A stretch of DNA of 64,000 bases from Octopus vulgaris (Eukaryota), in contig OX597829.1 of assembly GCA_951406725.2 (NCBI GenBank), forward strand, positions 39,184,001 to 39,248,000, read 5' to 3'. Positions within the stretch are counted from its first letter, which is position 1. Each line of letters starts with the position of its first letter. The notes under the pieces are model-generated. The model was not told where the DNA came from. It was given only the letters and a program-made list of their open reading frames with translations, and made no database searches. Positions 40,946 to 54,000 of the stretch are shown here, piece after piece. The translations under genes and the position numbers were made by a program.

Positions 40946-41182
40946 GGTATGTTTGTCTGAGGTGTGCTCAGCCACTTGCATATTAATTTCATGAACAGGC
41001 AGTTCCATTGATCAGATCAACTAAAACCTCATCATCATAACTGATGGAGTGCCCATTATGGCTGTGAAAACAGCAATAAAATTGGGTATTTTGCCATTAT
41101 TAGACAGGAAAAAGTTGCCAGTCATCAGCCACAGGAGTCAAGCACATACCCCTAAGATACTGACTAAGTACTCAACCATTAA

Positions 41183-41403
41183 CCCTTTCATTACCAACCC
41201 GGCTGTAACCGGCTCTGGCTCTGAGTGCAAATGTCTTGTTTCTATAAGTTTTGAATTAAAATCTTCCACCAAACCTTTGTCACAATTAATGTTCCTAAAA
41301 CTAGCTGAATGATAACTAAGTTATTTTACTAAATTCTTTGTTATATTTTAAATTAATTGAAAGAAACACAGAGCATCTCAAAATAAATACGGTAACGAAA
41401 GGG
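41183..41403. mobile_element. TTAA-flanked piggyBac-like MITE, family 2, copy 1
   Basis: TTAA-CCCTTTCATTACC...GGTAACGAAAGGG-TTAA. Confidence 0.85.
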
Positions 41404-41433
41404 TTAAAATATATAATAGAGAAACAATTTTAA

Positions 41434-41647
41434 TCCATTTGATACTAACCTGGCTGAAACTGGCTCTGAGTATAAATGTCTTGTTTCCATGAGCTTTGAA
41501 TTAAAATCTTCCACCAAACCTTAGTCACAATTTATGTTCCTAACACAAGCTTAATGATAACTAAGTTATTTTATTAAATTCTTTGTTATATTCAAAGTAA
41601 TTGAAAGAAACACAGAGCATCTCAAAATAAATACAGTAACGAAAGGG
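41434..41647. mobile_element. TTAA MITE, family 2, copy 2 (tandem, decayed left TIR)
   Basis: Direct homology to copy 1; ends GTAACGAAAGGG-TTAA. Confidence 0.8.
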
Positions 41648-42541
41648 TTAAGGTAAACAGCCTAAGGATTCCACTTACAAAGCTTTCGCCAGCCTGGGGC
41701 TCTAATAGAGGACACTTGCTCAAAGTACTGTGCAATTGAACTGAACCCAGAGCAATGTAATTAGGAAGTATAATTTTTACCACACAGTTATACTGCATGT
41801 ATATCATTAACATTATTTAATTAGATTTTCTGTGATTCAATTTTTTTTTGTTTTGTTTTTTTTTTCCATAATGTCAGGAGTACCTCTGATAAATATCATG
41901 GTTGATACCCTCTCTATCTCTGCTGACATAAGACTCCAAAATGACCTCCAGTGTAAAATTTTATCTCTCCACAAAGCTAACATTAATCTAGACAGAATTT
42001 TTGTACTGCTGAGCATTAGATCAGTAATTTCTTGTCTTTGGCATATTTTAGTCAAAGCATGAGAAATCTTTTTCAAGAAGCAGGTCACATGGGACATGAC
42101 ACACCAACAAGTGGGCTGCACTTCTAAAGAAATTCCAAGTCTTTTTTTTTTTATTAAGCATGCCATTGAGAAAGTCCTGCAGGCTACATGTGGCCTGTGG
42201 ACTACATGTGATCTGTGGACCACATGTGGCCTATGGGTCACAGGTTTAGTCTATTATCAGGAGCCAAAAATACAATATTCTTTGCTCTGGATTTTGAAGT
42301 TAAATTATTTCAGACTTCTCTCTAAACCTCTAATCTCGTGATTCTCAACCATTTTTTTACCTATTGTCCCCTTTGATTCCTATTTTATTTGAATGAACTT
42401 CAGTTAAGAGATGAGGAATTATGTACATTATTTACATTATTTACATTCGACGGATATTTGTTCTCATCTCGTTTGTTGTATTAACAATATTGTTAAAATA
42501 CTTTGTGTATTATAGACATTTAAGCAATTTATTGCACAAAT

Positions 42542-42840
42542 GTGGAGGTGTAATAGCCCAGTGGTTAGGGCAGAGGGTCTTGGTTTCGATTCCCAGACCG
42601 GGTGTTGTGAGTGTTTATTGAGCGAAAACACCTAAAAGTTCCACAAGGCTCTGGCAGGGGGTGATGGCGATCCCTGCTGTACTCTTTCGCCACAACTTTC
42701 TCTCACTCTTTCTTCTGTTGGCCTGCTTGCTTAACCAGCGGGGTGGCATCATTTGAAGGCTAAAACAATGCAGAATGCATTGTGACCAGCAATGGGTAGC
42801 TACATCTGATAGTCTGGTCGGTTACGGTGATCACAGTGAT
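42542..42840 (+). mobile_element. SINE family D
   Basis: Homologous to 34347-34652. Confidence 0.85.
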
Positions 42841-43340
42841 TGCACAAATTTTAACAATCAAATTGTATATGGACTCCACAAGGGCTGTATAGATCCCTCA
42901 TTAAGAACCATTGCACTAAAACAAGGTCTTCAACCCTTTGTAGTTTTGAACTTCCTTTCACTAAGTGGTGTTTTAGAAATATCTGCTTCTCATGTTTAGA
43001 CAAAACAAACAAAAGAAAACCTATAGAAAATTACTGTAATCCAACAGAAACTAATTTTGTACAATTTATCCATATTTTCTTATAGTTTGCCATTCAACAT
43101 ATCTTCTAACTTTTACTTGTTTCAGTTATTAGACTGTGGCTATGCTGGAGCACTGCCGTGAAGAATTATTAGTCAAATAAATCGCTCCCAGTACTTATAT
43201 ATACACGTATTTTTTTAAAGCCGCATACTTATTCCATCTGTCTCTTTTGCTGAACTACTAAGTTACAGGGATAGAAATACACCAACATTGGTTGCCAAGC
43301 AGTGGCAGGGGACAAACCCAGACAACACACACACACACGT

Positions 43341-43375
<35 letters not shown>

Positions 43376-44207
43376 TTAAGATGTTCAGAAAATAATGGTC
43401 TATATTCTTGAAAAACTGAACTATACAAAGGTCTAATTACTGAAAATATGATCCCTGAGCAGCTATGCATTTCTTCCATCAATTAACAAGTTCATTTATG
43501 CCTCTTCAATAAAAATCCAAAGATTATGATACCAAGAAATCCTCGAATTCAGCTTCAACCTCGGTTTTGGAACGGAAGGATTGTTGCCTTAAATAAGTGC
43601 CTAGATACTTGAAAAAGTGGTGGTTGGTGGATGAAAGATCAGGAGAATATGATAGATGTGGTAAGGTCTTGTATTCCAAGTTTGTGAGCTTCTGCAATGT
43701 CATCCTGGAAATGTGCAGTCAAGTGTTGTCGTGGAGCAGAATTGGACCACATCAATTAACAAGTGCAGGTCTCATTTTGCTTGAGTGAACATTCATTCCT
43801 TCCAGTTGCTTACAGTCACCAAGAATAGAAGACATTTCTCTGACACTTTGTTGTGGGTTTTGTTCCCCTATTGTTTTCAAATGCTGATCACCAAGGGTGG
43901 ATGGACGTCCTCTACCTTCTTGTTCTTCAAGGCTCTCATCCTCACTATGAAATCTCTCAAACCACTGTTGTGACCCTTCACCTCATGCTCTGTTGATATT
44001 GGCAGCTGTTTGGGAAGCATTATGTCCAAGTTTGAATTCATGCAATAAAAGTAAACACATTTCTTCTTTTCCCATTATTTGAAATTAAGGATTTCTACAC
44101 TTCAAAATTATATTCTGAAAGAAATCAATAAAAGCTAATTAAAGAGTACACATCAATTATTAAGCATGTAAAACTTCATCTAAAATGCTACGAAGGTAAC
44201 ATCTTAA
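43376..44207 (-). mobile_element. Degenerate mariner transposon
   Basis: Minus GPILLHDNT*LHISRMTLQKLTNLEYKTLPHLSYSPDLSSTNHHFFKYL matches the HDNARPH and PHPPYSPDL motifs; 10-bp terminal inverted match ttaagatgtt. Confidence 0.8.
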
Positions 44208-44595
44208 ATCGAATTTGAAATACACACACACACACATTCATGAAGGGATTTTTACATTTCCCATCTACCAAATCAACTCACAAGGCCTTTGTTGGCAAAA
44301 GCTATAGTAGAAGACATTTGCCCAAGGTGCCATGCAGTGGGACTGAACCCAGAACCATGAGTTTGGGAAGCAAGCTTCATATCACACAGCCATACATGTG
44401 CCTTTGCCTTTGCCTTTGCCTAGATATTTGCCCCTTTGGTTAATTTTTTGCAATGGAAATTATGAAAGAAAGCTAATATTTATACACTGAAATTATACTG
44501 GGCTTTGGTGTATCATCAATCATGTTTTTTCCTCGCTGATCACATTATGTTGGGTTCACATTTTAATCTCAACAGTTTTATTTATTTATTTAAAA

Positions 44596-44959
44596 CTAGG
44601 ACTATGACCCGGCATTGCCGGGTCATAGGGCTAGTGCATGCATATACAGCTGCATGCTTGTGCACATACACGCGAGAACTGTCCAAATCTCCGACCGATC
44701 ACATACAGCTAGCTGGCATTCAATTGGCATATCAAGTTTCGGGCATTTTGATTGGGTTTTGGATAGAAAATTCACAAAAATGTCACTTCTGTTAATTTTT
44801 TAATGGCTTTGCAGGGTGACTGGAGAAATGTAAAGATGTGCACGACCACCCTTGGACAGTTTTAAATGACCATAGAATGTGTGAGCCCTCTAAATGACAA
44901 ATTGTGGATTTGTATAAAGGACACACACACAGACATTTTGCCGTTTATATATATAAAGA
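44596..44959 (-). mobile_element. Complete non-autonomous Helitron (364 bp)
   Basis: Minus strand starts A|TC and ends CTAG|T with no TSD; perfect 12-bp subterminal hairpin ctatgacccggc-att-gccgggtcatag at 44602-44628. Confidence 0.85.
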
Positions 44960-45256
44960 TGTATCTAAAATTTAGGAATCATACATCCATCCATCAATCC
45001 ATTTTCTATGCCTACAGTCCCGAGAAGATCATGAAGTAAAAGTCTTCAGTCACATTCTCCATAGAGACTATTTATTCTTTGATGACCAAATGACTGTTGC
45101 ATGTTTCTACCTCCCAGAGGTGAAGTGTTGTATTGTCTTTGGCTTGAGAGTCTGATGAGACATTCACGAGGCCAAAGCCTTTATGGATGCGAAACCATTG
45201 GTCACTCTATGATTAGACATTAACTTTATTACTTTAATATGTGTGTGTGTATATGT

Positions 45257-45295
<39 letters not shown>

Positions 45296-45543
45296 AGATA
45301 CATTATATAGGGTAGCAAATATTCATTATAAATATCACTACCAGTGGTCTAACATGTATAAATAGTCAATAGACAACATATTCATATTTTAAAATAGTGT
45401 ACATTTAAGCAAAAAAGAAAAATTACCCTTTGATAGGTAATTTTTACATGCTAGAAATAGCAGCCAACCCGCTCAAAACCACGATTTAGCAGCAATTTTC
45501 AAAGTAATAGAAAAATAAAAACTTTTACCTTATTATTTATTAT

Positions 45544-45655
45544 CGGTTATACCATGGTTTCGAAATTTCTTTAGCAAACAATATTATTTGCCATCCTTTA
45601 ATAGTTAATTTAGCAAAACAATATCATTGCCAGGCGAATTTCTCGTCAGTAACTG
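45544..45655 (-). ncRNA. Type I hammerhead ribozyme motif, separate family
   Basis: Minus gtta-CTGACGA-gaaatt...aatttc-GAAA-ccatgg-TA-taac; palindromic stem III, GUA cleavage site. Confidence 0.7.
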
Positions 45656-46323
45656 GTTAGTTTGGCTTGAAGACTCCTTCTTGTAATTCTTTTGAGCAAC
45701 ATTCTAATCACATGTTTGAACATTGTTTAAATATTTTATTTCAAAGAAAAAAAAACATCATAACTATCCCCACCTCCCTAAACACCCAGTGTCCCTATCC
45801 TCTGATGCACTCCCTTGAAATTTGCTGCCTTCACAGGAGCTCACAATACCCCCCAACAAAGGTTTACAGTTCCAGTTAGAGCTGCTATTCAAAAGTGCCT
45901 CTTATTAACATTTTGGAGTAACATTTGCTACTTTTGGAGTGATGTGGAACAAGTGTGAAATACATGGCCCTAAATTGGCAACTACCCCATTCATTAGCAA
46001 TTCCCTACTGGTTTTGGGGAACATCATTAGAATCAAGTGATGTGAATTATTTATTGCTCAGGGAAACACAGAGAATAATGGAATCTAATGAAATAATGCT
46101 GGAAGCTTCTTACAATATGAAGAGAGAATTAACGATTTATTAAAGATGTAGCTGCACGGTTAAGAAACTCACTTTTCATAACCTTGTGGTTTCAGGTTCA
46201 GTCCCACTGCACAACACTATGGGCAAATGTCTTCTGTTTTAATGCTAGGCCAATCAATCGCCTTTGTGTGAATTTTGTAGACAGAAACTGTGGAAGTTCA
46301 TCATACATGTTTGTATATATGTA

Positions 46324-46379
<56 letters not shown>

Positions 46380-46482
46380 GCACTGCTTTGAAAGATTGCA
46401 TTCGGTGGGATTAGTAAAATTTTTGGTAGAAATGACTTTTTGTCCCTCTTAGCATGTGGCATCTATGTATAATAATGCCCTC

Positions 46483-46526
<44 letters not shown>

Positions 46527-46529
<3 letters not shown>

Positions 46530-46620
46530 CGGGAAGCTTTATGAAAATAGACAAAAGACGAAGGCAGGTTTACGGAAATAAACAAAAGACGAAGGCAGGT
46601 GGTATACAAACAAACAATTA
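46527..46620 (-). mobile_element. Extreme 3' tip of the 57.1-58.8 kb Penelope-like family, inserted in (TA)n
   Basis: Reverse complement of 58680-58772. Confidence 0.85.
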
Positions 46621-46647
46621 TATATATATATACACATATACACACAC

Positions 46648-46800
46648 AGGGTGTGATGAGTAAGTTATCACCATTTTATATTTTTAATTTCACGCACATT
46701 GTTTTTGATTTTATCGACTACACAGTATAGTAAGGTCAGTTGGGTACCATCTGTGAGAAAAACAGCACCACGACACAATTCACTCTGCCAGAATAGAAAT
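46648..46800 (+). mobile_element. Probable Tc1/mariner terminal fragment
   Basis: Begins cagggtg like the TIR at 30084; no partner TIR found. Confidence 0.35.
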
Positions 46801-47276
46801 GTTCACCAGGTCAAAGCCTTTATGAATGCAAAACTATTAGTCATTCTATAACTGGACATTAACTTTATTACTTTAATATATGTGTGTGTATACACACACA
46901 CATATATATATATACACATAGTCTACCAAAATTCTCTCTCAAAGCATTGGTGAGACTAGAGTTGTAATAGAAGATACTTGACCAAGGTGCCATGCAGTGG
47001 TACTGAATCCAAAACCATATGGTTGTAAAGCAGACTTTAGATGTAGTTGTAGATGTCCAACTGTCTAAGATTAGTTGAGGTTACCAAGATTTATCATTCA
47101 TATTTTTCTGGACGAATTACCTCATCTTTACAGTATATAATTTTCTATATCTCAGTTACATTACTGTACCATATTTTGAATAGGTCTCTCTCTCTCTCTC
47201 AGTATTATATGTATGTGTGTGTGTGTGTGTGTGTCACTGTTGTTCTTAATACTGATACATTTTATCTCTCCATTTT

Positions 47277-47314
<38 letters not shown>

Positions 47315-47588
47315 CTCGCGGTCTCTCTTCTTTTTTTACCTCTCATTCTTTGCTGTTAAGAGCATCGGCTTGAAATGTCAAAGACTTTTCCATTCTCCCT
47401 GAGTGTCAAACTAATATAACTTCTTGTTCACCTGCTTTTATCTTTTGTTTTCTGTACATTTGAATCATATATATATTTCCATTTCCTGAGCGCCTATTAA
47501 TAGTAATACTGTAATTGTTCCATTGTTGTTGTTTTTTTGTTTCCCGTTTGGATTAATATATATATATATATATAAGTAAATATATATA

Positions 47589-48410
47589 TATAAGTAAATA
47601 AATGGAGTTGAATGCAGATGTTATTCAAATTCTTTTACTTTCGACATATGTTTCGAAGACAACATTGGTTTTATTCCAAAGGAATAAACTGTGTAAAATA
47701 ATGCAATCTTCTCATCAGGAAAGAAAGAGAACCTATCTCAACAACAAGATATTATAACAATTTTTATGACTGCATAAATGATAAACAGAATGCTATTAAG
47801 TATTTAAAAAAAAACGTTAGTAGATCCAACGTCAAAGGCAGACCCTAGGAAGAGAAAGGGTAAAGAAATAATAAGTAGAGAACAAATAAAGAGGGATATA
47901 TTGGTTAAAAAAACATTCAAAGGCTTGGAAGTAGATTTCTCTATTGAAGTAAAGTGCAAGTTGAACTAAATGTTCAAACTATAAAGACTGGTAAAAATCA
48001 CTTATATGAGCTAAAGATATGTTTCTGTGAGTGCTTACATTTGTAAGATTGCTCTATAAGTGTGTTAATAAGGTGATTATTAGAGAAGAGAATATGGAAG
48101 AGTTCAGAGTTGCAAATGTTACAAAATCCTTTGCCCTTATCATAAGGGAAAGATATGGACAGGATGAACCAATCTAACTTAAAATCTTTATTGTTGTCTT
48201 TAAGATACCAAACCAATTTACTTAGCCCTGTACTATAACGTTAACTGCTATCCCTAAATGATGAATAATGATTGGAAATTCTCTGAGATAACTGGGAAGA
48301 GGATGTGCCAATGTAGAAGTAGACATCGGTACTGCAAGAAATTTTACATTGGTATATAGAATTCTTAATCTTAGAATTATTAGACATAAATTTAATTCTG
48401 TTGGGATTGT
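47589..48410 (-). mobile_element. 5'-truncated Penelope-like element: GIY-YIG endonuclease remnant plus pLTR
   Basis: SIYQCKISCSTDVYFYIGTSSSQLSQRISNHYSSF...GLSKLVWYLKD...CNICNSE...LIN...CKH with one stop; flanked by TA runs. Confidence 0.85.
47638..47723 (-). ncRNA. Type I hammerhead ribozyme, intact (Penelope pLTR)
   Basis: Minus ctttc-CTGATGA-gaagat...gtcttc-GAAA-catatg-TC-gaaag; stem II extended by tttattcc/ggaataaa. Confidence 0.85.
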
Positions 48411-48474
48411 ATATATATGCACACACATATACTTATACATATATATGCATGTATATATGTACACACACACATAT

Positions 48475-48537
<63 letters not shown>

Positions 48538-48699
48538 ATATATATTATATTATATTATATTATATTATATTATATTATATTATATTATATATTATATATT
48601 TGTACATTGGTAAAATAAATGTCAGAGATGCTTTGCTCTATGCAGAAACTGCTGGAGCTACTCAGAGGCTTTGCAAGCTCTTCTAAATCCATTGCAAAG

Positions 48700-49010
48700 C
48701 TGAAAACCCTTTTTTATCATCACCTGGTTATCTTAAGGTCACAAGTGTTTTGCCCCTTAAGCCAGTACACTTTGCCTGAGAGGGACAGTGAGTGCTGAGA
48801 TATAGTCTTCACCTATAGAAGTGTTCCACTTGTGGTCTCTTATCAACCATAGCCATCTTGAGCTAGTTTTGACTGCTGTACCTATTTTCTTGATGGCTTT
48901 TTTCAGTTTTCTGGGTCCCAGACCTATCCTTTGCAAGAAATAACACACTGACCTAGATGGGGAGCAACAGCAGCTGATTTCAATGAGAAATGAGGCTGCT
49001 TACCAACCCT
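48700..49010 (-). mobile_element. 3' end of a HERO/NeSL-like restriction-endonuclease non-LTR retrotransposon
   Basis: GW*AASFLIEISC..PSRSVCYFLQRIGLGPRKLKKAIKKIGTAVKTSSRWLWLIR resembles the PIEVGCRGF...AE.ASRWLW C-terminus. Confidence 0.7.
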
Positions 49011-49038
49011 TGACATGTATATATATATATATATATAT

Positions 49039-49430
49039 AGGAGCAGGAGTGGCTGTGTGGTAAGTAGCTTGTTTACCAACCACATGGTTCCGGGTTCAGT
49101 CCCACTGCGTGGCACCTTGGGCAAGTGTCTTCTACTATAGCCTCGAGCCGACCAATGCCTTGTGAGTGGATTTGGTAGACAGAAACTGAAAGAGGCCCAT
49201 CGTATACGTATATATATATGTATGTGTGTGTGTGTTTGTGTGTCTCCCCCTAGCATTGCTTGACAACTGATGCTGGTGTGTTTATGTCCCTGTTACTTAG
49301 CGGTTCGGCAAAAGAGACCGATAGAATAACTACTGGGCTTACAAAAGAATAAGTCCCGGGGTCGAGTTGCTCGATTAAAGGCGGTGCTCCAGCATGGCCG
49401 CAGTCAAATGACTGAAACAAGTATAAGAGA

Positions 49431-49431
<1 letters not shown>
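49039..49431 (+). mobile_element. SINE family A, full length
   Basis: Family homology. Confidence 0.92.
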
Positions 49432-49468
<37 letters not shown>

Positions 49469-49649
49469 CCACATCTTCGTCACTTTACAATCAGTGTTGG
49501 TTAATTTATGTCCCTGTAACTTTGCATATTAGAAAAGAGGCAACGTGTACTGGGTGCCTTTGAAATGTCACTAGTATGGGTGCCTCTAACATATTGCACA
49601 GATGCCTTTTACACGTCACTGACAAGAGCACCTTTAATGCGTCACTGGC

Positions 49650-49683
49650 AAGATAGATAGATAGATAGATAGATCCAAGAATG

Positions 49684-49767
<84 letters not shown>

Positions 49768-49815
49768 GATAGATAGATAAGACAGACAAACAGACAGATG
49801 GACAGACAGACAGAA

Positions 49816-49854
<39 letters not shown>

Positions 49855-50042
49855 TAGATATAGACAAAAAGACAGATATAGACAGATAGATAGATCGATA
49901 GAGAGGCAGACAGACAGGCAGATAAATAAATAGATAAATAGTACAATTTTCACACCTATGTCTAAAGAGGTAATCTGCAGTGGAGCTGGAATCCAGGAAG
50001 ATGTATGAACTCAATAAGAATTATTACACACACACACACACA

Positions 50043-50130
<88 letters not shown>
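49650..50130. repeat. (GATA)n/(GACA)n and (CA)n microsatellites
   Basis: Seen directly. Confidence 0.9.
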
Positions 50131-50434
50131 AGCATACGACACAATAAAACAGATATGATGTAATCTGTGAAGGTAATCCAAAGTAATCCGCAATGGTTAT
50201 CAGGAAAGTCCCAACTGGTAATCCACAAAGTAATATTTCATATTAATACGAGCAGGTCTGTCTGCATCAATATGGAAAATGGTTTATATTCCAATGTATT
50301 AATGACAACAATGGACCATGAAATGCTCTGTTAATTAGATAATCAATGACTCAATGAGTGAAGGAAAGAAATATTTGATGTTTCAAATTTATTTTTCCTT
50401 CTCCAGAAACAAAGAGCAAAAAATAAAAAAAGTA

Positions 50435-50841
50435 GGCGCATGAGTGGCTGTGTGGTAAGTAGCTTTCTTACCAACCACATGGTTCCGGGTTCAGTCCCAC
50501 TGCGTGGCACCTTGGGCAAGTGTCTTCTGCTATAGCTTAGGGCCGACCAATGCCTTGTGAGTGGATTTGGTAGACGGAAACTGAAAGAAGCCCGTCGTAT
50601 ATATGTATATATATATATATATGCATGTGTGTGTTTATGTGTCTGTGTTTGTCCCCCCTAGCATTGCTTGACAATCGATGCTGGTGTGTTTACGTCCCCG
50701 TCACTTACCGGTTCGGCAAAAGAGACCGATAGAATAAGTACTGGGCTTACAAATAATAAGTGCCGGGGTCGATTTGCTTGACTAAAGGCGGTGCTCCAGC
50801 ATGGCTGCAGTCAAATGACTGAAACAAGTAAAAGAGTAAAA
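50435..50841 (+). mobile_element. SINE family A, full length
   Basis: Family homology. Confidence 0.93.
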
Positions 50842-51098
50842 ACAGAGAGAGAGAGTAGGGAAAGGAAGAAAATAAAATCAAAAAACAAAAACAAAAAAAG
50901 TTGAGTTACTCTGGTAGCATATTTCAGTCATTTTTCTTTCTTTCTTTTTCTGTCTGTCTGTCTGTCTCTCTTTCTCCCTTTAGTTTCTCCCCCCTCTCTC
51001 TCTCCATTTATCCATCCATCTATCCATCCATCCATCCATCTATCCATTTATTACAAACGGTATATATATACAAATCGATAGATAGATAGATAGATAGA

Positions 51099-54000
51099 TC
51101 ATCATCATCATCGTTTAACGTCTGCTTTCCATGCTAGCATGGCTTGGACGATTTGACTGAGGGCTGGTGAACCAGATGGCTGCACCAGGCTCCAATCTTG
51201 ATCTGGCAGAGTTTCTACAGCTGGATGCCCTTCCTAATGCCTATTTCTTTACTACCCACAAGGGGCTAAACACAGAGAGGACAAAGAAGGACAGACAAAC
51301 CAATTAAGTCGATTATATCGACCCCAGTGCATGACTGGTACTTATTTAAGCGACCCCGAAAGGATGAAAGGCAAAGTCGACCTCGGTGGAATTTGAACTC
51401 AGAACGTAACGGCAGATGAAATACCGCTAAGCATTTCGCTCGGCACGCAAACATTTCTGCCAGTTTGCCATCTTCCTAATGCCAACCCCTCCGAGAGTGT
51501 AGTGGGTGCTTTTTACGTGCCACCAGCACAGGGGCCAGTAAGCGGTACTGGCAATGACCTCGCTCGAATCTTTTTACACATGCCACTGGCATAGGTGCCA
51601 GTAAGGTGACGTTGGTAATGATCACGCTCGAATGGTGCCCTTTTATGATTGTATGGTGCTCTTTGCACCCCACTAGCATGGAAGCCAGTCATCGAAGGTG
51701 ATTTTGATTTCAGTTGCCTCAACAGGTCTTCTCAAGCAGAGTCTAGTGTCCAAAGAAGGAAAAGGTATGCATAAGCGGGCTGGTTATGCTCCTGGCATAG
51801 GCCACAAGTTATGGTCTCATTTGGCTTGCCAGGTCTTCTCAAGCACAGCATATTTCCAAAAGTCTCGGTCGCTAGTCATTTCCTTGGTGAGGCCTAATGT
51901 TCGAAAGTCATGCTTCCCCACTTCATCCCGGGTCTTCCTGGGTCTACCTCTTCCACAAGTTCCCTCAACTACTAGGGTGTGGCACTTTTTCACACAGCTA
52001 TTCTCATTCATTCTTGCCACATGACCATACCAGTGCAGTCATCTCTCTTGCACACAATATCTGATGCTTCTTAGGTCCAACTTTTCTCTCAAGGTACTTA
52101 CACTCTGTCGGGTATGCACACTGACATTACACATCCATCAGATCATACTGGCTTCATTCTTTGTGAGCTTACGTATGTACTCAGCAGTCACAGCCCATGT
52201 TTCACTGCCATGTAGCATGGCTGTTCGTACACATGCATCATACAGTCTGCCTTTTACACTGAGCGAGATGCCCTTTGTCACCAGCAGAAGTAAGAGCTCT
52301 CTGAACTTTGCCCAAGCTATACTTATTCTTGCAGTTACACTTTCAGTGCACTCTCCTCCGCTACTGACTTGGTCACCTTGGTAACGGAAGCTATCAACTA
52401 CTTCTAGTTTTTCTCCCTGGAATGTAGCGGAAGTTGGTCTCTGCGCATTTTCAGTGTTTATTGCTCCCGAGCATCTGCCACATACAAAAACTATCCTCCC
52501 AGTTAGCCTTACTTTGATATTACTGCACTTCTTATGTGTCCATAGCTTACACTGGGTACATCTCATAGAGTTTCTTCCTACACCTCTACTACAGATTGAG
52601 CAGGGCCATCTACCTGGATTTGTGATTTGCCTGCCTTCCTACTTATTAGGACTTTGGTTTTAGCTAGGTTGGTTCTAAGGCCCTTCAAGTCTAATCATTG
52701 TTTCCACATTTGAAACTTCTCCTCCAGTTCTGATAGTGACTCAGCAATTAGAGCAAAGTCACCAGCATAGAGGAGCTCCCAGGGGTATCCTGTCTTGAAT
52801 TCATCCATTATTGCCTGGAGGACTATAATAAATAGGAGGGGGCTGAGGTCTGAACCTTGGTGGACCCCTACCTCTACTCGGAATTCTTCAGTGTACTCGT
52901 TGCCAACCCTCACCTTATTTATAGCGTCCCTGTACATGGCTTGCACAGCTCTCACTAACCATTCATCTATCCCTAGTTTCCTCATTGACCACCAGATAAG
53001 GGATCAGGTGACCCTGTCAAAGGCTTTCTCCATGTCAACGAAAGCCAGGTACAGGGGCTTATCTTTGGCTAGGTATTTCTCCTGCAGCTGTCTTACCAGA
53101 AATATGGCATCAGTGGTGCTTTTCCCTGGCACGAAACCAAACTGCATCTCATCCAAGCTGACTCTCTCCGTAATCAGTTAGGCTATGACCCTCTCCGTAA
53201 CCTTCATTACCTGATTCAACAGCTTGATACCTCTGTAATTATTTGTATCTAAAGTGTCACCTTTACCTTTGTAGTAGTTGACTATTATGCTGCTACACCA
53301 GTCATTGGGTATGACTCCTTCGTGTATCACCTGGTTAACTATACGGGTGACTAGGTTATAGCCGACACTGCCAGATATTTTGAGCATCTCTGCAGTAATT
53401 CCTGATGGACCTGGGGCTTTCCTTGTCTTCATGCTTCTAATTGCCTTATCTACCAAAGAACTGTCAACTTGGATAGCTGGTCCCTCTACTGGGTCGACAT
53501 TCGGCAGACTCTCTTTATCCCATTCATTTTCTTTATTCAGCAACCTTTCATAATGGCGTCTCCAAACCTCTCTCTTTGCATCCTCATTTAGCACAAGTGA
53601 ACCATCATCCATGCGAACACATTTCTCTCCTACCACATCACAATTCTCTCTCACACACTGTCTTGCAACACGAAATACCTCTCAAGTCTTTGGTCCTCAT
53701 GGCGCAGAACATTGGCAAATTTTTTTCTTATCTGCTTCCTCTCTGGCTAAATAAGCCTGCCTCCTAGCTTCTTTTCTGGCATTCTGATACACTTCCCTGC
53801 TACCACCGTTCTTCCAGTCCTTCCAAGCCTGTTTCTTTTGTCTAATAGCCCTGTCAACAACATTGTTCCACCACCACATTATTTTGGGTTGAGAGGGGAC
53901 TTTGCACCATCCACAGATCTGGTCGGTGGCCCTTAGCAGGTTGTCCCGTAGGAATCTCCAGTTGTCTTCTATACCATATGAAGCTATATCCCCTTCTATT

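Noticed and set aside
41837-42241. 134-aa minus-strand ORF
   Set aside because: Starts in an 18-bp tandem repeat, ends in poly-A/T, has no recognisable domain and no splice support.
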